Assembly (NCBI GenBank): GCA_903857255.1
Contig: CAIODY010000086.1
Coordinates: 7,312-71,311 of the forward strand
Reading direction: 5' to 3'
Origin: an uncultured bacterium
GTDB lineage: Bacteria > Bacteroidota > Bacteroidia > Chitinophagales > CAIODY01
Length of the DNA: 64,000 bases
The notes under the pieces were generated by a model. It saw nothing but the letters and a program-made list of their open reading frames with translations, ran no database searches and was not told where the DNA came from. The translations under genes and the position numbers were made by a program. This document shows, piece after piece, positions 46,942 through 56,008 of this stretch; position 1 is the stretch's first letter; every line of letters starts with the position of its first letter.

Positions 46942-46949
46942 TATTTTTG
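46942..46949 (+). promoter_or_regulatory. -7 box TATTTTTG upstream of tcdA
   Basis: Exact TAnnTTTG match, 12 nt before the ATG at 46962. The ORF-track start at 46947 is the TTG inside this box. Confidence 0.5.
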
Positions 46950-46961
46950 CCAAATTTTAAA

Positions 46962-47696
46962 ATGATGCAACAACAAATTCCACAGTGGATGAGCCGAACC
47001 GAACTGGTATTGGGCGAAGAAAAAATTTTGAAACTCATGCAATCGCATGTGCTGGTGGCAGGCTTGGGCGGTGTAGGTGGCATCTGCGCCGAAGCCATTG
47101 CAAGGGCTGGTGTGGGCGAAATGACGATTGTAGATGCTGATGTGGTAGAAGCCAGCAACCGCAATAGGCAATTAGTGGCTTTGAGCAGCACCGAAAGCAA
47201 ACTGAAAACACAAATTTTAGCCGAACGATTATTGGATATTAATCCTGAATTGAAATTGCATGTGTTTGATGCTTATATAAAAGAAGAAAAAACACAAGAA
47301 ATATTAGATGCCGCCAAGTACGATTACGCCTGCGATTGCATCGATACTTTGAGTAGCAAAGTTTACTTCATCAAAAATTGTTTGGATAGAAAAATACCCT
47401 TGGTCAGCTCAATGGGAGCAGGCAGAAAAATAGACCCGACAAGAATTAAGATTGTTCCGATTGAAGAAACGTTTAAATGCCCATTGGCTTTTGATGTTCG
47501 CAAGCGATTGAATCGCTTAGGCATCAACGGCGGCTTTGATGCCGTGTTCAGCGATGAATTAATTACCGATGATAAAATTACTATCAACCCAAAAGGCAGT
47601 AAAAAGCGTTCGTTTATTGGTACGGTGAGTTATATGCCACCCATCTTTGGCTTGTGTTGCGCCAGTATGGTTATCAGAAATTTGAACAACAGTTAG
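46962..47696 (+). CDS. tcdA: tRNA threonylcarbamoyladenosine dehydratase (ThiF/E1-like)
   Basis: About 244 aa. Contains VLVAGLGGVGG...VDADVVEASNRNRQ and DCIDT, and length and motifs match TcdA/CsdL. Confidence 0.8.
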   Translation: MMQQQIPQWMSRTELVLGEEKILKLMQSHVLVAGLGGVGGICAEAIARAGVGEMTIVDADVVEASNRNRQLVALSSTESKLKTQILAERLLDINPELKLHVFDAYIKEEKTQEILDAAKYDYACDCIDTLSSKVYFIKNCLDRKIPLVSSMGAGRKIDPTRIKIVPIEETFKCPLAFDVRKRLNRLGINGGFDAVFSDELITDDKITINPKGSKKRSFIGTVSYMPPIFGLCCASMVIRNLNNS

Positions 47697-47699
47697 CAA

Positions 47700-47921
47700 T
47701 TATTCGTTAGTGAACAATTGTTTTTCTTCGGCAAAGTTTCCTTCGTTATCATGCATCAGCATCAGTTGCCACTTGAATTTCCCATCTTGGCTGTTGCCAA
47801 ATTTGGTAAATAATTCAAAATCGCTTTGCGCTGCAATCACTGAATCGTAGTTCATTACACTTCTTAAAGGTGCATCATCTTTATAAAATGTAATCACAAT
47901 TTGTGCAGCTGTTAATGGCAT
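47700..47921 (-). CDS. hypothetical 73-aa protein translationally coupled to the Crp/Fnr regulator gene
   Basis: The ORF reads MPLTAAQIVITFYKDDAPLRS. Its ATG overlaps the regulator's TGA (TGATG). No family recognised. Confidence 0.4.
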   Translation of the reverse strand: MPLTAAQIVITFYKDDAPLRSVMNYDSVIAAQSDFELFTKFGNSQDGKFKWQLMLMHDNEGNFAEEKQLFTNE

Positions 47922-48496
47922 CAAGCAACAGTTTTTTGCTTTCTCAATCTGCTTAGATGTTGAGGCGTTACACCCAAAAACGAAGCAAGATGTTGCAATG
48001 AAACATTTTGCAACAACACACTTTGATGATTCAATAAATAATCATAGCGTTCTTCAGCCGAGTTGATTTGCAATAGTGCAATTCGCTTTTGTAAATTGAT
48101 AGAAAGACTTTCATATACTTTTCGAGTGATGTATTGTGTGGCTGGAATTTCTTGATATAGCTTTTCAATATCACTTCTTTTTATCACAAACAATTCAGCA
48201 TTGGTTGCAGCTTGCAGGCACTCTCTCGATTCAGATTTGGAGTTAAAACTTTTTATAGAAGTAATAAATTCGTTGGGAAAAGCAAAGTAGCATGTAGTTT
48301 CTTCATCGTGCTTGCTTAAATAATAAAATCGCACGATACCCGATTTTAGAAAGGCAACTTCATCGCATCGTTCGCCAATGCCAACAAAATATTTGTCTTT
48401 GGCTAAATGTCTTTTTTCAAAATGAGATAACACATAATCGGTTTGTTGCTTGTTAGTTTTAATGAGGTTAGTAATCGTTTTTCGAAGTTCTTCCAT
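47921..48496 (-). CDS. Crp/Fnr family transcriptional regulator
   Basis: 191 aa. It has a cNMP-binding-like beta-roll (VAFLKSGIVRFYY) and a C-terminal HTH (SLQHLASFLGVTPQHLSRLRK). Confidence 0.75.
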   Translation of the reverse strand: MEELRKTITNLIKTNKQQTDYVLSHFEKRHLAKDKYFVGIGERCDEVAFLKSGIVRFYYLSKHDEETTCYFAFPNEFITSIKSFNSKSESRECLQAATNAELFVIKRSDIEKLYQEIPATQYITRKVYESLSINLQKRIALLQINSAEERYDYLLNHQSVLLQNVSLQHLASFLGVTPQHLSRLRKQKTVA

Positions 48497-48722
48497 TTTG
48501 TTTGTAGTGAATATTTTTTTTTAGTTTTTAACAACATAAAAATTAATAGTGGTTGCCGCAAAAGTCGAATGAAGCATTGAAGCAACATAGAACAAATGTT
48601 AAAAAACAGTTGGCTTAACAAAACATAAGTTGTGCCAAATTTTTTTAAATTGATTTTGATGGTGATAATTTTGTAAAAACCTCATTCAATACAATTCATT
48701 ATTCCCGTTAGCGAAATAAGAT

Positions 48723-48730
48723 TATTTTTG
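48723..48730 (+). promoter_or_regulatory. -7 box TATTTTTG upstream of the aminotransferase gene
   Basis: Exact TAnnTTTG match, 17 nt before the ATG at 48748. Confidence 0.45.
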
Positions 48731-48747
48731 CTCTACAAATTAGCATT

Positions 48748-50028
48748 ATGTCACTCAAAGTTTCTACCAAAGCCGCCAATTTAATTGGTTCTGAAATCAT
48801 CAAATTAGCAGGTGAAATCAATCAGAAAATAAAAGAAGGACATAAAATTTACAACCTCACCATTGGCGATTTTAATCCGAATTTATTTCCTATTCCAACT
48901 TTGTTGAAAGAAGAAATTATCAAAGCTTACGAAGCCAACGAAACCAATTATCCACCTGCTGATGGCATGGCTGATTTGCGAAAATCGGTGGCTAATTTTT
49001 TGAAAAAATATGAAGGATTAGATTATCCAATTGACCAATTATTGATTGCTGGCGGCGGCAGACCCTTGATTTATGCAGTGTATCAAACCTTGTTGGATGA
49101 AGGCGATAAAGTAATTTATCCTGTGCCATCGTGGAATAATAATCACTATTGCCATTTGAGCGATGCACAAAAAATTGAAGTAGAAGCAAAACCCGAAAAT
49201 GGTTTTATGCCTACGGCTGCTGAAATTGCACCTTTCGTGAAAGATGCTACCATACTGGCTTTGTGTTCACCATTAAACCCAACAGGCACAGTTTTTTCAA
49301 AACAGCAACTCACTGAAATTTGCGAATTAGTTTTAGCAGAAAACAAACGCCGTGGCGAAAATCAAAAACCATTGTACATTTTATACGACCAAATTTATTG
49401 GATGCTAACCATGAATGGCATTGAACATTTCAACCCCGTAAGTTTATTTTCGGAAATGAAAAACTACACCATTTTTGTAGATGGCATCTCTAAATCGTTG
49501 GCTGCTACTGGTGTTCGGGTGGGTTGGAGTTTTGGACCTGCGGAAGTAATCAGTAGAATGAAATCAATTTTGGGGCATATTGGTGCATGGAGTCCGAAGG
49601 CTGAACAAGTTGCTACCACTCATTTTTTAAACAATGAAAAAGCGGTGGAAGAATATTTGGTGGATTTAAAAAACAAAATCAATGCTCGATTCGATTTGAT
49701 TTATAAAGGCTTCAAAGCTTTGAAAGCGGAGGGTTTTGCGGTGGATATTATTTCGCCACAAGGTGCCATTTATTTATCAGCACAATTTGCGATTAAAGGT
49801 TTTACCACAACCGATGGAAAAATAATTTCAACTACTGAAGACATCACTTCGTATTTATTAAATCAAGCGCAATTAGCCATTGTACCTTTCACAGCATTTG
49901 GCTGTCATAGTGGAACTGACTGGTATCGTATTTCGGTTGGAACAATTTCGGTAGAAGAAATCCCGATGCTACTCAACCAATTAAAAAGTGCTTTAAAAAA
50001 TTTGCAACTACCAACAACACGGGCTTAG
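48748..50028 (+). CDS. pyridoxal-phosphate-dependent aminotransferase, class I/II (aspartate aminotransferase-like)
   Basis: 426 aa. Contains LTIGDFNP, YPPADG, NPTGTV and the PLP-lysine region DGISKSLAATGVRVGW. Confidence 0.8.
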   Translation: MSLKVSTKAANLIGSEIIKLAGEINQKIKEGHKIYNLTIGDFNPNLFPIPTLLKEEIIKAYEANETNYPPADGMADLRKSVANFLKKYEGLDYPIDQLLIAGGGRPLIYAVYQTLLDEGDKVIYPVPSWNNNHYCHLSDAQKIEVEAKPENGFMPTAAEIAPFVKDATILALCSPLNPTGTVFSKQQLTEICELVLAENKRRGENQKPLYILYDQIYWMLTMNGIEHFNPVSLFSEMKNYTIFVDGISKSLAATGVRVGWSFGPAEVISRMKSILGHIGAWSPKAEQVATTHFLNNEKAVEEYLVDLKNKINARFDLIYKGFKALKAEGFAVDIISPQGAIYLSAQFAIKGFTTTDGKIISTTEDITSYLLNQAQLAIVPFTAFGCHSGTDWYRISVGTISVEEIPMLLNQLKSALKNLQLPTTRA

Positions 50029-50139
50029 TTTTTGGGCAATTTTAAATCATTATTATTTTATTGCTTTAAAGGCGATTTCTGCTTTTACAATCGGCAATCT
50101 TTTTTTATCTTCGCCGCTCAATTTTAATAAAATCAGCAC

Positions 50140-51027
50140 ATGCCCGGTCAATTAAAAGAAGTTAGAGCAAGGATTTCATCTGTAACCAGTACACAACAAA
50201 TCACCAAAGCCATGAAAATGGTTTCGGCGGCTAAATTGCGTAGAGCGCAAGATAGAATTATCCAAATGCGCCCGTATAGCAAAAAGCTAAGCGAAATGTT
50301 GCAAAACATTGTGAGCGGCGAATCGGATGTAGAAATAAAATTAGCACAAGCACGTGCCGAAGAAAAAATATTGATTGTGTTGGTAACCAGCGACCGTGGC
50401 TTATGCGGCGGTTTTAATTCTAACTTAATAAAAACAGTTAGAGTGTTGGTGAAAGAAAAATATCAAGCACAAGCTGATAAAGGCAATGTAGAAATTATGT
50501 GCATTGGCAAAAAAGGAATGGATGCTTTGAAAAAAAGTTTCAAAACCAATGATGCTCATGTTGGCTTGTTCGGCAAATTGAGTTTTGATAATACTGCTGA
50601 AATTGCACAAGAAATGATGAACGGTTTTGTATCGGGTAAATATGATAAAATAGAAATCGTGTACAGTCAATTTAAAAATGCTGCTACACAAATTTTTGAA
50701 GCTGAACAATTTTTACCAGTTCCGAAATCAGCTCCCAAAGCCAGCGCAAAGGGTTCAACAAAAAATTCGGAATTCATTTTCCAACCATCAAAGGTGGAAT
50801 TGATAAATGAATTAGTTCCTAAAATTTTAAAAACACAATTGTACAAATGTGTGTTAGATACCAACGCCAGCGAACATGGCGCACGGATGACTGCGATGGA
50901 CAAAGCAACTGAAAATGCACAAGAATTATTGAAGGATTTGAAATTGAAATACAACAGAGCTCGTCAGGCTGCAATCACAACTGAATTGACTGAAATTGTG
51001 AGTGGTGCTGCGGCTTTAGAAGGATAA
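50140..51027 (+). CDS. atpG: F0F1 ATP synthase subunit gamma
   Basis: 295 aa. Contains LKEVRARISSVTSTQQITKAMKMVSAAKLRRAQ and the C-terminal ITTELTEIVSGAAALEG. Confidence 0.92.
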   Translation: MPGQLKEVRARISSVTSTQQITKAMKMVSAAKLRRAQDRIIQMRPYSKKLSEMLQNIVSGESDVEIKLAQARAEEKILIVLVTSDRGLCGGFNSNLIKTVRVLVKEKYQAQADKGNVEIMCIGKKGMDALKKSFKTNDAHVGLFGKLSFDNTAEIAQEMMNGFVSGKYDKIEIVYSQFKNAATQIFEAEQFLPVPKSAPKASAKGSTKNSEFIFQPSKVELINELVPKILKTQLYKCVLDTNASEHGARMTAMDKATENAQELLKDLKLKYNRARQAAITTELTEIVSGAAALEG

Positions 51028-51074
51028 TTTATTTTAGAAAATCTATTTTATAAAAACTAAATCAACGCAATAAA

Positions 51075-52574
51075 ATGAAGAAAAATATTTTGTTCTTTTC
51101 ATTTTGTTGCGTTGCTGTTTTTAGTACAATTCTGTTTTTTTCTTCCTGCAAAAAAGGTTTGATTGGCGATTTGAATTCGAATCAACCACCAAACACACAT
51201 ACCATCATTGATACCATCATTCGAAGCGGTACAAATCGTTTTCAATCTATTGTAAAAATTCAATGGTGGGGCGATGACCCTGATGGTTACGTGGCATAGT
51301 ACGAATATACTTTTGATAAAGTAATCAGCGTTAACACCGCTTGGCATAAGGTTTTTGGGCTTGATTCAACTTTCACTTTGATAACACCTGCTGGTGTTGA
51401 CACAGCCGATTTTAGTTTTAATATTCGTGCAGTTGATAACAAAGGTGCGGTTGACCCAACGCCTGCTCATGTGGGATATCCTGTTCGAAACACAGCGCCA
51501 ACCATAGTTTTCAGCCCTGGCATTTATAACCCAACTTATACTTTTCCTGTTGTTCGTTTGTATTGGCAAGCCACTGATTTGGATGGTGCTGATAATTTAG
51601 ACCATTTAGAATTGATTTGGAACGATACGACTTTACGCCCTGTAAAGCTTGACCCATCAGTAGTTAGCGCAATTTTTGAAGCGACAAGTTTAACCAATAA
51701 TATTACTACCACAAGAATTTATCCGAACAATAATATTGCAGCATTGGATAGTGTGGTGAGTAATTTCAAATTGCAAAATAACAACAAACTTTACATCAGA
51801 GCAGTTGATAAATCAAACACCAAAAGCCCATGGGTGGCTTCTTACAGCATTTATGTTCGCAAACCTTCCTCACCAATTTTGTTGATTGATGCTTATACTT
51901 CCCCATCAACTTCGGCTGAAATTTTTTACGGGCAACGCATGGTGAACAAAGGTTACAGCACTTTTGATACAATAAAATTGTTTGAAAAAAATGGCGGACA
52001 ATTCACTCAATTAGCTGCTGATAATGCAACACAAGACAAGATTTTCAAATTGTTCAGCAGCATCATTTGGTTTGGAGACAATACTAACAACTCCTTATTC
52101 TTAGCACAAAAAACAACCAACGATTTTTTTGCCAACGGGGGCAAAATGTTTATGGCAAATAAATTAGAAAGTTTGTTTGATGAAAATTCGCCACTGCTAA
52201 GCCTTACGCCAGCTCAATCACTTTTTTTAAATAAAGATACTACTTTGCTTTTGCAGGTTGATTCATTAGCCAGTTCAACAAAATCGGGTTTTCCAACTTT
52301 GAAAAATACGGCTTACATTCCTGTTATCAAGCCCATGCAATTGTTACCGGGCTCTGTAAATTTATATTCATCACATTTGTCGGTGAAAGATAATGTGAAT
52401 AATCCACCACCTCCATATCCCCTTTGGACGGGCACTTCGAGCATCATTGCCGAAAAATTAAATTCAAACAATGTGCCTGTAATGATTTACAGCGAAGTGG
52501 AATTACAATCATTAAATGGCAACAACAATATTGATTTGATGTGGGCAAAAATTTTAGGAGAGTTGGGTTTGTAA
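51075..52574 (+). pseudogene. lipoprotein gene interrupted by one in-frame TAG (51297-51299); the two ORF-track pieces 51075..51299 and 51378..52574 share a frame
   Basis: The lipobox is FFSSC. The motif WWGDDPDGYVA-TAG-YEYTFD continues in the same frame (51075, 51297 and 51378 are all congruent mod 3). A second WQATDLDGADN repeat follows. Confidence 0.65.
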
Positions 52575-52623
52575 ACTTTCTTTTGCTTGTTGTGTTACCT
52601 TCGTAAATAAATTTTCAGAAAAA

Positions 52624-53142
52624 ATGGAAGCAAAAAAATGTATTGATTCACTCACCATCATGACAGAATTAGTGTTACCCAATGATGCTAATTTATTGGG
52701 CAATTTGATGGGTGGAAGATTGCTGTATTGGATGGATATTGCTTCGGCTTTAAGTGCTTCAAAACATGCCAACGCACAAGTAGTTACCGCTTCGGTTGAT
52801 AATGTTTCTTTTCAACATCCTATCAAATTAGGCAGCGTAATTACGATTGAAGCAAAAGTATCACGAGCTTTCAAAACCTCGATGGAAGTGCATTTGGTGG
52901 TGTATGCACAAACACTTCGCCAAGGAAAAAAAATAAAAAGCAACGAAGCTTTTTACACTTTTGTGGCATTGGATGAAAACGGAACACCAGTAGAAGTGAA
53001 TCCAGCAATTGCTGAAACTGACGATGAAAAAAAATTGTTTGATAGTGCTATGCGCCGCCGTGAAATACGATTGGTTTTAGCTGGCAAAATAAAAGCGCAT
53101 GAAGCCGAAGGCTTAAAAGCTTTGTTTGGAAATTTGGATTAA
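52624..53142 (+). CDS. acyl-CoA thioesterase (hotdog fold)
   Basis: 172 aa. Contains TELVLPNDANLLGNLMGGRLLYWMDIA and VDNVSFQHPIKLG. Confidence 0.82.
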   Translation: MEAKKCIDSLTIMTELVLPNDANLLGNLMGGRLLYWMDIASALSASKHANAQVVTASVDNVSFQHPIKLGSVITIEAKVSRAFKTSMEVHLVVYAQTLRQGKKIKSNEAFYTFVALDENGTPVEVNPAIAETDDEKKLFDSAMRRREIRLVLAGKIKAHEAEGLKALFGNLD

Positions 53143-53157
53143 TAAAATAAAATCTAC

Positions 53158-54306
53158 TTGATTTTGAAGAAAATTTTTTTCGACAAAAAATTTCTTTTGT
53201 GGTTGTACATCATAGTTGCAATAGGCATTGCAGCGCAATTAATCATTGAGCAACACACCATCAATTCCACTTCGTTTAATAATTTCAAGATTTTTAAAAA
53301 TGCTTTTGGTCTTTTAATTAGCCATCAAAATTTATACATTGAGCATCCACAATTTTATTTTGATTTATACAAATACAGTCCTTCATTCGCAGCTTTGATG
53401 TTGCCATTTTATTATCTGCCTGATTGGCTTGGGATAAGCGTTTGGAACTTGTTGAACACTTTGGTTTTGTTTTTTGCAGTCTATTCCTTACAGCAAATTG
53501 ATGCAAAAAAACGAGCGTTGATTTTACTTTTTGTGTTGTTAGAAATGATTACTTCTATTCAAAATTCACAAAGCAATACGTTGATTGCAGGCTTGTTGAT
53601 TTTTGCATTTTCGTTGTTTGAAAAAGAAAAAATATTTTGGGCTGCTTTGTGCATTGTGCTTTCGTTTTACATCAAAATATTTGGTGCTGCTGTGTTTGTG
53701 CTATTTCTGTTTTATCCGAATAAATTGAAGTTCATTTTTTACTCGGCGTTTTGGACAATCCTCATTTTTTTAATGCCGCTATTTTTTGTTTCGATGAAAG
53801 ATTTGGCTTGGCAATATCAAAACTGGCTAATGCTGCTAATCAACGACCAGCAAGCTTCTTACGGCAATTCCATGATGGGTTTGATACATGCTTGGCTGCA
53901 TATTGATGTGAATAAAACGCTCACCATGCTGGTTGGTTTATTGCTTTTAATTGTTCCATTTATAAAAACGATGAAAGAAAATATTTTTCAAAATCGTATC
54001 GCCGCATTTTGTTTGATTTTATTATGGATGATAATTTTCAATCATCGTTCTGAATCGCCAACATTCATTATTGCTTCGGCTGCTGTGGCATTATGGTATT
54101 TCTCAAAAACAGAAAAAAGTGTTCTGAATTTGGTTTTACTTTTTGTTGTTTTAGTTTTTACAAGCGTTATCACCACCGACATTATTCCATTGCCTAACAA
54201 GCGATATTGGTTGATGGATATGGCTTTGAAGGTATTGCCGTGTGTTTTAGTTTGGCTGAAAATTTTGTTTGATTTTTATCTAAATAAAAAAGAGCGTTTC
54301 CGATAA
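53158..54306 (+). CDS. polytopic membrane protein, possibly a DUF2029/GT87-like glycosyltransferase
   Basis: 382 aa with a TTG start and about 10 TM helices. Contains YKYSPSFAALMLPF, which resembles the DUF2029 family. Not verified. Confidence 0.45.
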   Translation: MILKKIFFDKKFLLWLYIIVAIGIAAQLIIEQHTINSTSFNNFKIFKNAFGLLISHQNLYIEHPQFYFDLYKYSPSFAALMLPFYYLPDWLGISVWNLLNTLVLFFAVYSLQQIDAKKRALILLFVLLEMITSIQNSQSNTLIAGLLIFAFSLFEKEKIFWAALCIVLSFYIKIFGAAVFVLFLFYPNKLKFIFYSAFWTILIFLMPLFFVSMKDLAWQYQNWLMLLINDQQASYGNSMMGLIHAWLHIDVNKTLTMLVGLLLLIVPFIKTMKENIFQNRIAAFCLILLWMIIFNHRSESPTFIIASAAVALWYFSKTEKSVLNLVLLFVVLVFTSVITTDIIPLPNKRYWLMDMALKVLPCVLVWLKILFDFYLNKKERFR

Positions 54307-54320
54307 ATCAGAAACGCTCT
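54291..54320. terminator. bidirectional intrinsic terminator between convergent genes
   Basis: Perfect 10-bp stem formed by AGAGCGTTTC and GAAACGCTCT around a 10-nt loop. It is flanked by an A-run upstream and TTTTAAA downstream, and it overlaps the stop at 54304-54306. Confidence 0.7.
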
Positions 54321-54340
54321 TTTAAATTGGGCAAATTAAA

Positions 54341-54661
54341 TTACCAACGGTTGTTACCGCCGCCATTGCTATTGCTGCCGCCACGAGAGAAAGATGGTTT
54401 TGAATTATAACCTTTGTCTTCTTTCGGACGAGCTTCGCTCACTCTGATAGGGCGATTGTCAACCATGCCACCGTTTAATGAAGCGATTGCTTTTTTAGCA
54501 GCTTCATCATCAGGCATTTCAACAAAACCGAAACCTTTGCTGCGGTTAGTGAATTTGTCCATAATTACTTTGGCTGAAGATACACTTCCGAAATCTTCAA
54601 AAAATCCTTTTAAGTCGCTGTCGTTAACATCGAAACTTAAATTTGAAACATAAATGTTCAT
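54341..54661 (-). CDS. RRM-type RNA-binding protein with a Gly/Asn-rich tail
   Basis: 106 aa. RNP-2 is IYVSNL and RNP-1 is KGFGFVEM. The C-terminus is SRGGSNSNGGGNNRW. Confidence 0.88.
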   Translation of the reverse strand: MNIYVSNLSFDVNDSDLKGFFEDFGSVSSAKVIMDKFTNRSKGFGFVEMPDDEAAKKAIASLNGGMVDNRPIRVSEARPKEDKGYNSKPSFSRGGSNSNGGGNNRW

Positions 54662-54794
54662 TTGTAAATGAATTAAAAAATTAAAAAAAATGAGATAAAA
54701 AGGCAGGAGCAGAAAAATTAAATAGACTGATTAGCAGAAACGCAAACGAGCAAAAAACTTAAATACTAAATGCAATAATACTCACGATACGCTG

Positions 54795-54802
54795 CAAAGA
54801 TA
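54795..54802 (-). promoter_or_regulatory. candidate -7 box (TATCTTTG on the minus strand) giving a leader of about 125 nt for the RRM gene
   Basis: The plus strand reads CAAAGATA. It is the only TAnnTTTG match I see in the 197-nt upstream spacer. Confidence 0.3.
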
Positions 54803-54858
54803 AGTGATAAACTTGAAAGCAACTAATTAAACAGGAATTTAGTAATAAATATACTTTT

Positions 54859-55809
54859 CTAATTATGAAGAGTTAAAGATGCTTTTTGCTGCATTTTGTT
54901 TTCATAAGCTATTGCCGCTTCACGAACCCAAGCACCTTCGTTGTGATATTTGATATGATGCTCCATGCGCTGATGATTGCAAGGTCCATTGCCATTCACT
55001 ACATTCAAAAACTCATCCCAATTGATTTTTCCGAATTCCCAATTCAAAGTTTCTTTGTTGTACTTCAAATCTTTATCAGGCACTATCAAACCAATATGGT
55101 GAGCTTGTTCAACCGTTCTGTTTACAAAACGCTGACGTAATTTATCATTGCTTTCTACTTTAATTTTCCAACGCATTGATTCAGAAGTATGCACCGATTC
55201 AGCATCATGAGGACCAAACATCATCAGTGCAGGCCACCACCAACGATTCATCGCATCTTGTGCCATTTCTTTTTGTGCAGCAATACCTGTCATCATCTTC
55301 GCCATAATTTCATAACCCTGACGTTGATGAAAACCTTCTTCTTTACAAATGCGAATCATCGCTCTTGAATAAGGACCATAAGAACATTTTGCCAGCATCG
55401 TTTGATTCACAATAGCAGCGCCATCTACCAACCAACCAATTGCCCCGATGTCAGCCCAATTTAATGTTGGGTAATTGAAAACGCTTGAATATTTTGCCTT
55501 GCCAGTTTGCAATTGTTCAATCATTTCAGCTCGGTCAATTCCAAAAGTTTCAGCCGCTGAATACAGATATAAACCATGTCCGCCTTCATCCTGAATTTTT
55601 GCCAACAAGATTTTTTTAGCTCTTAATGATGGTGCTCTTAAAACCCAATTTCCTTCGGGCTGCATACCAATCACTTCAGAGTGTGCATGCTGCGACATCT
55701 GACGTAATAAGGTTTTGCTGTATGCTTCCGGCATCCAATCCTTTGGTTCTATTTTTTCGCCAGCTAAAATTCTGGCTTCAAATTTTACTAATCTTTGTTC
55801 GTCAGTCAT
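54859..55809 (-). CDS. paaA: 1,2-phenylacetyl-CoA epoxidase subunit A-like di-iron oxygenase
   Basis: 316 aa. Contains [36 protein letters not shown] and EEGFHQ, the ferritin-like di-iron ExxH motifs of PaaA. Confidence 0.78.
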   Translation of the reverse strand: MTDEQRLVKFEARILAGEKIEPKDWMPEAYSKTLLRQMSQHAHSEVIGMQPEGNWVLRAPSLRAKKILLAKIQDEGGHGLYLYSAAETFGIDRAEMIEQLQTGKAKYSSVFNYPTLNWADIGAIGWLVDGAAIVNQTMLAKCSYGPYSRAMIRICKEEGFHQRQGYEIMAKMMTGIAAQKEMAQDAMNRWWWPALMMFGPHDAESVHTSESMRWKIKVESNDKLRQRFVNRTVEQAHHIGLIVPDKDLKYNKETLNWEFGKINWDEFLNVVNGNGPCNHQRMEHHIKYHNEGAWVREAAIAYENKMQQKASLTLHN

Positions 55810-55824
55810 GTTGATTTTGTTTTA

Positions 55825-56002
55825 AAACACATAGACACATAGTTGCTTATTTTTACTTCAACTTGAATTCTATGTTTGAAAATTTATTTTCTCTTTTTAG
55901 TTAGAATTTACTTTTTAACAAGATTGAATAGAACATCATAGAAAGCTTCGCTTTTTATTTTTTGGAAAATGAGTTTTGAAATTTCTATGTGTCTATGTGT
56001 TT
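55825..56002. repeat. gene-less element bounded by a perfect 18-bp inverted repeat built of CACATAG units
   Basis: AAACACATAGACACATAG (55825-55842) is the exact reverse complement of CTATGTGTCTATGTGTTT (55985-56002). The 142-nt AT-rich interior contains degenerate half-units (TTCTATGTTTG, ATCATAGAAAG) and no ORF. Confidence 0.75.
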
Positions 56003-56008
56003 AATGTA

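Noticed and set aside
46919-47200. Minus-strand ORFs (93 and 76 aa) at the 5' end of tcdA, plus 47363..47587
   Set aside because: They are antisense to the conserved ThiF-like Rossmann region of tcdA, and I found no supporting signals.
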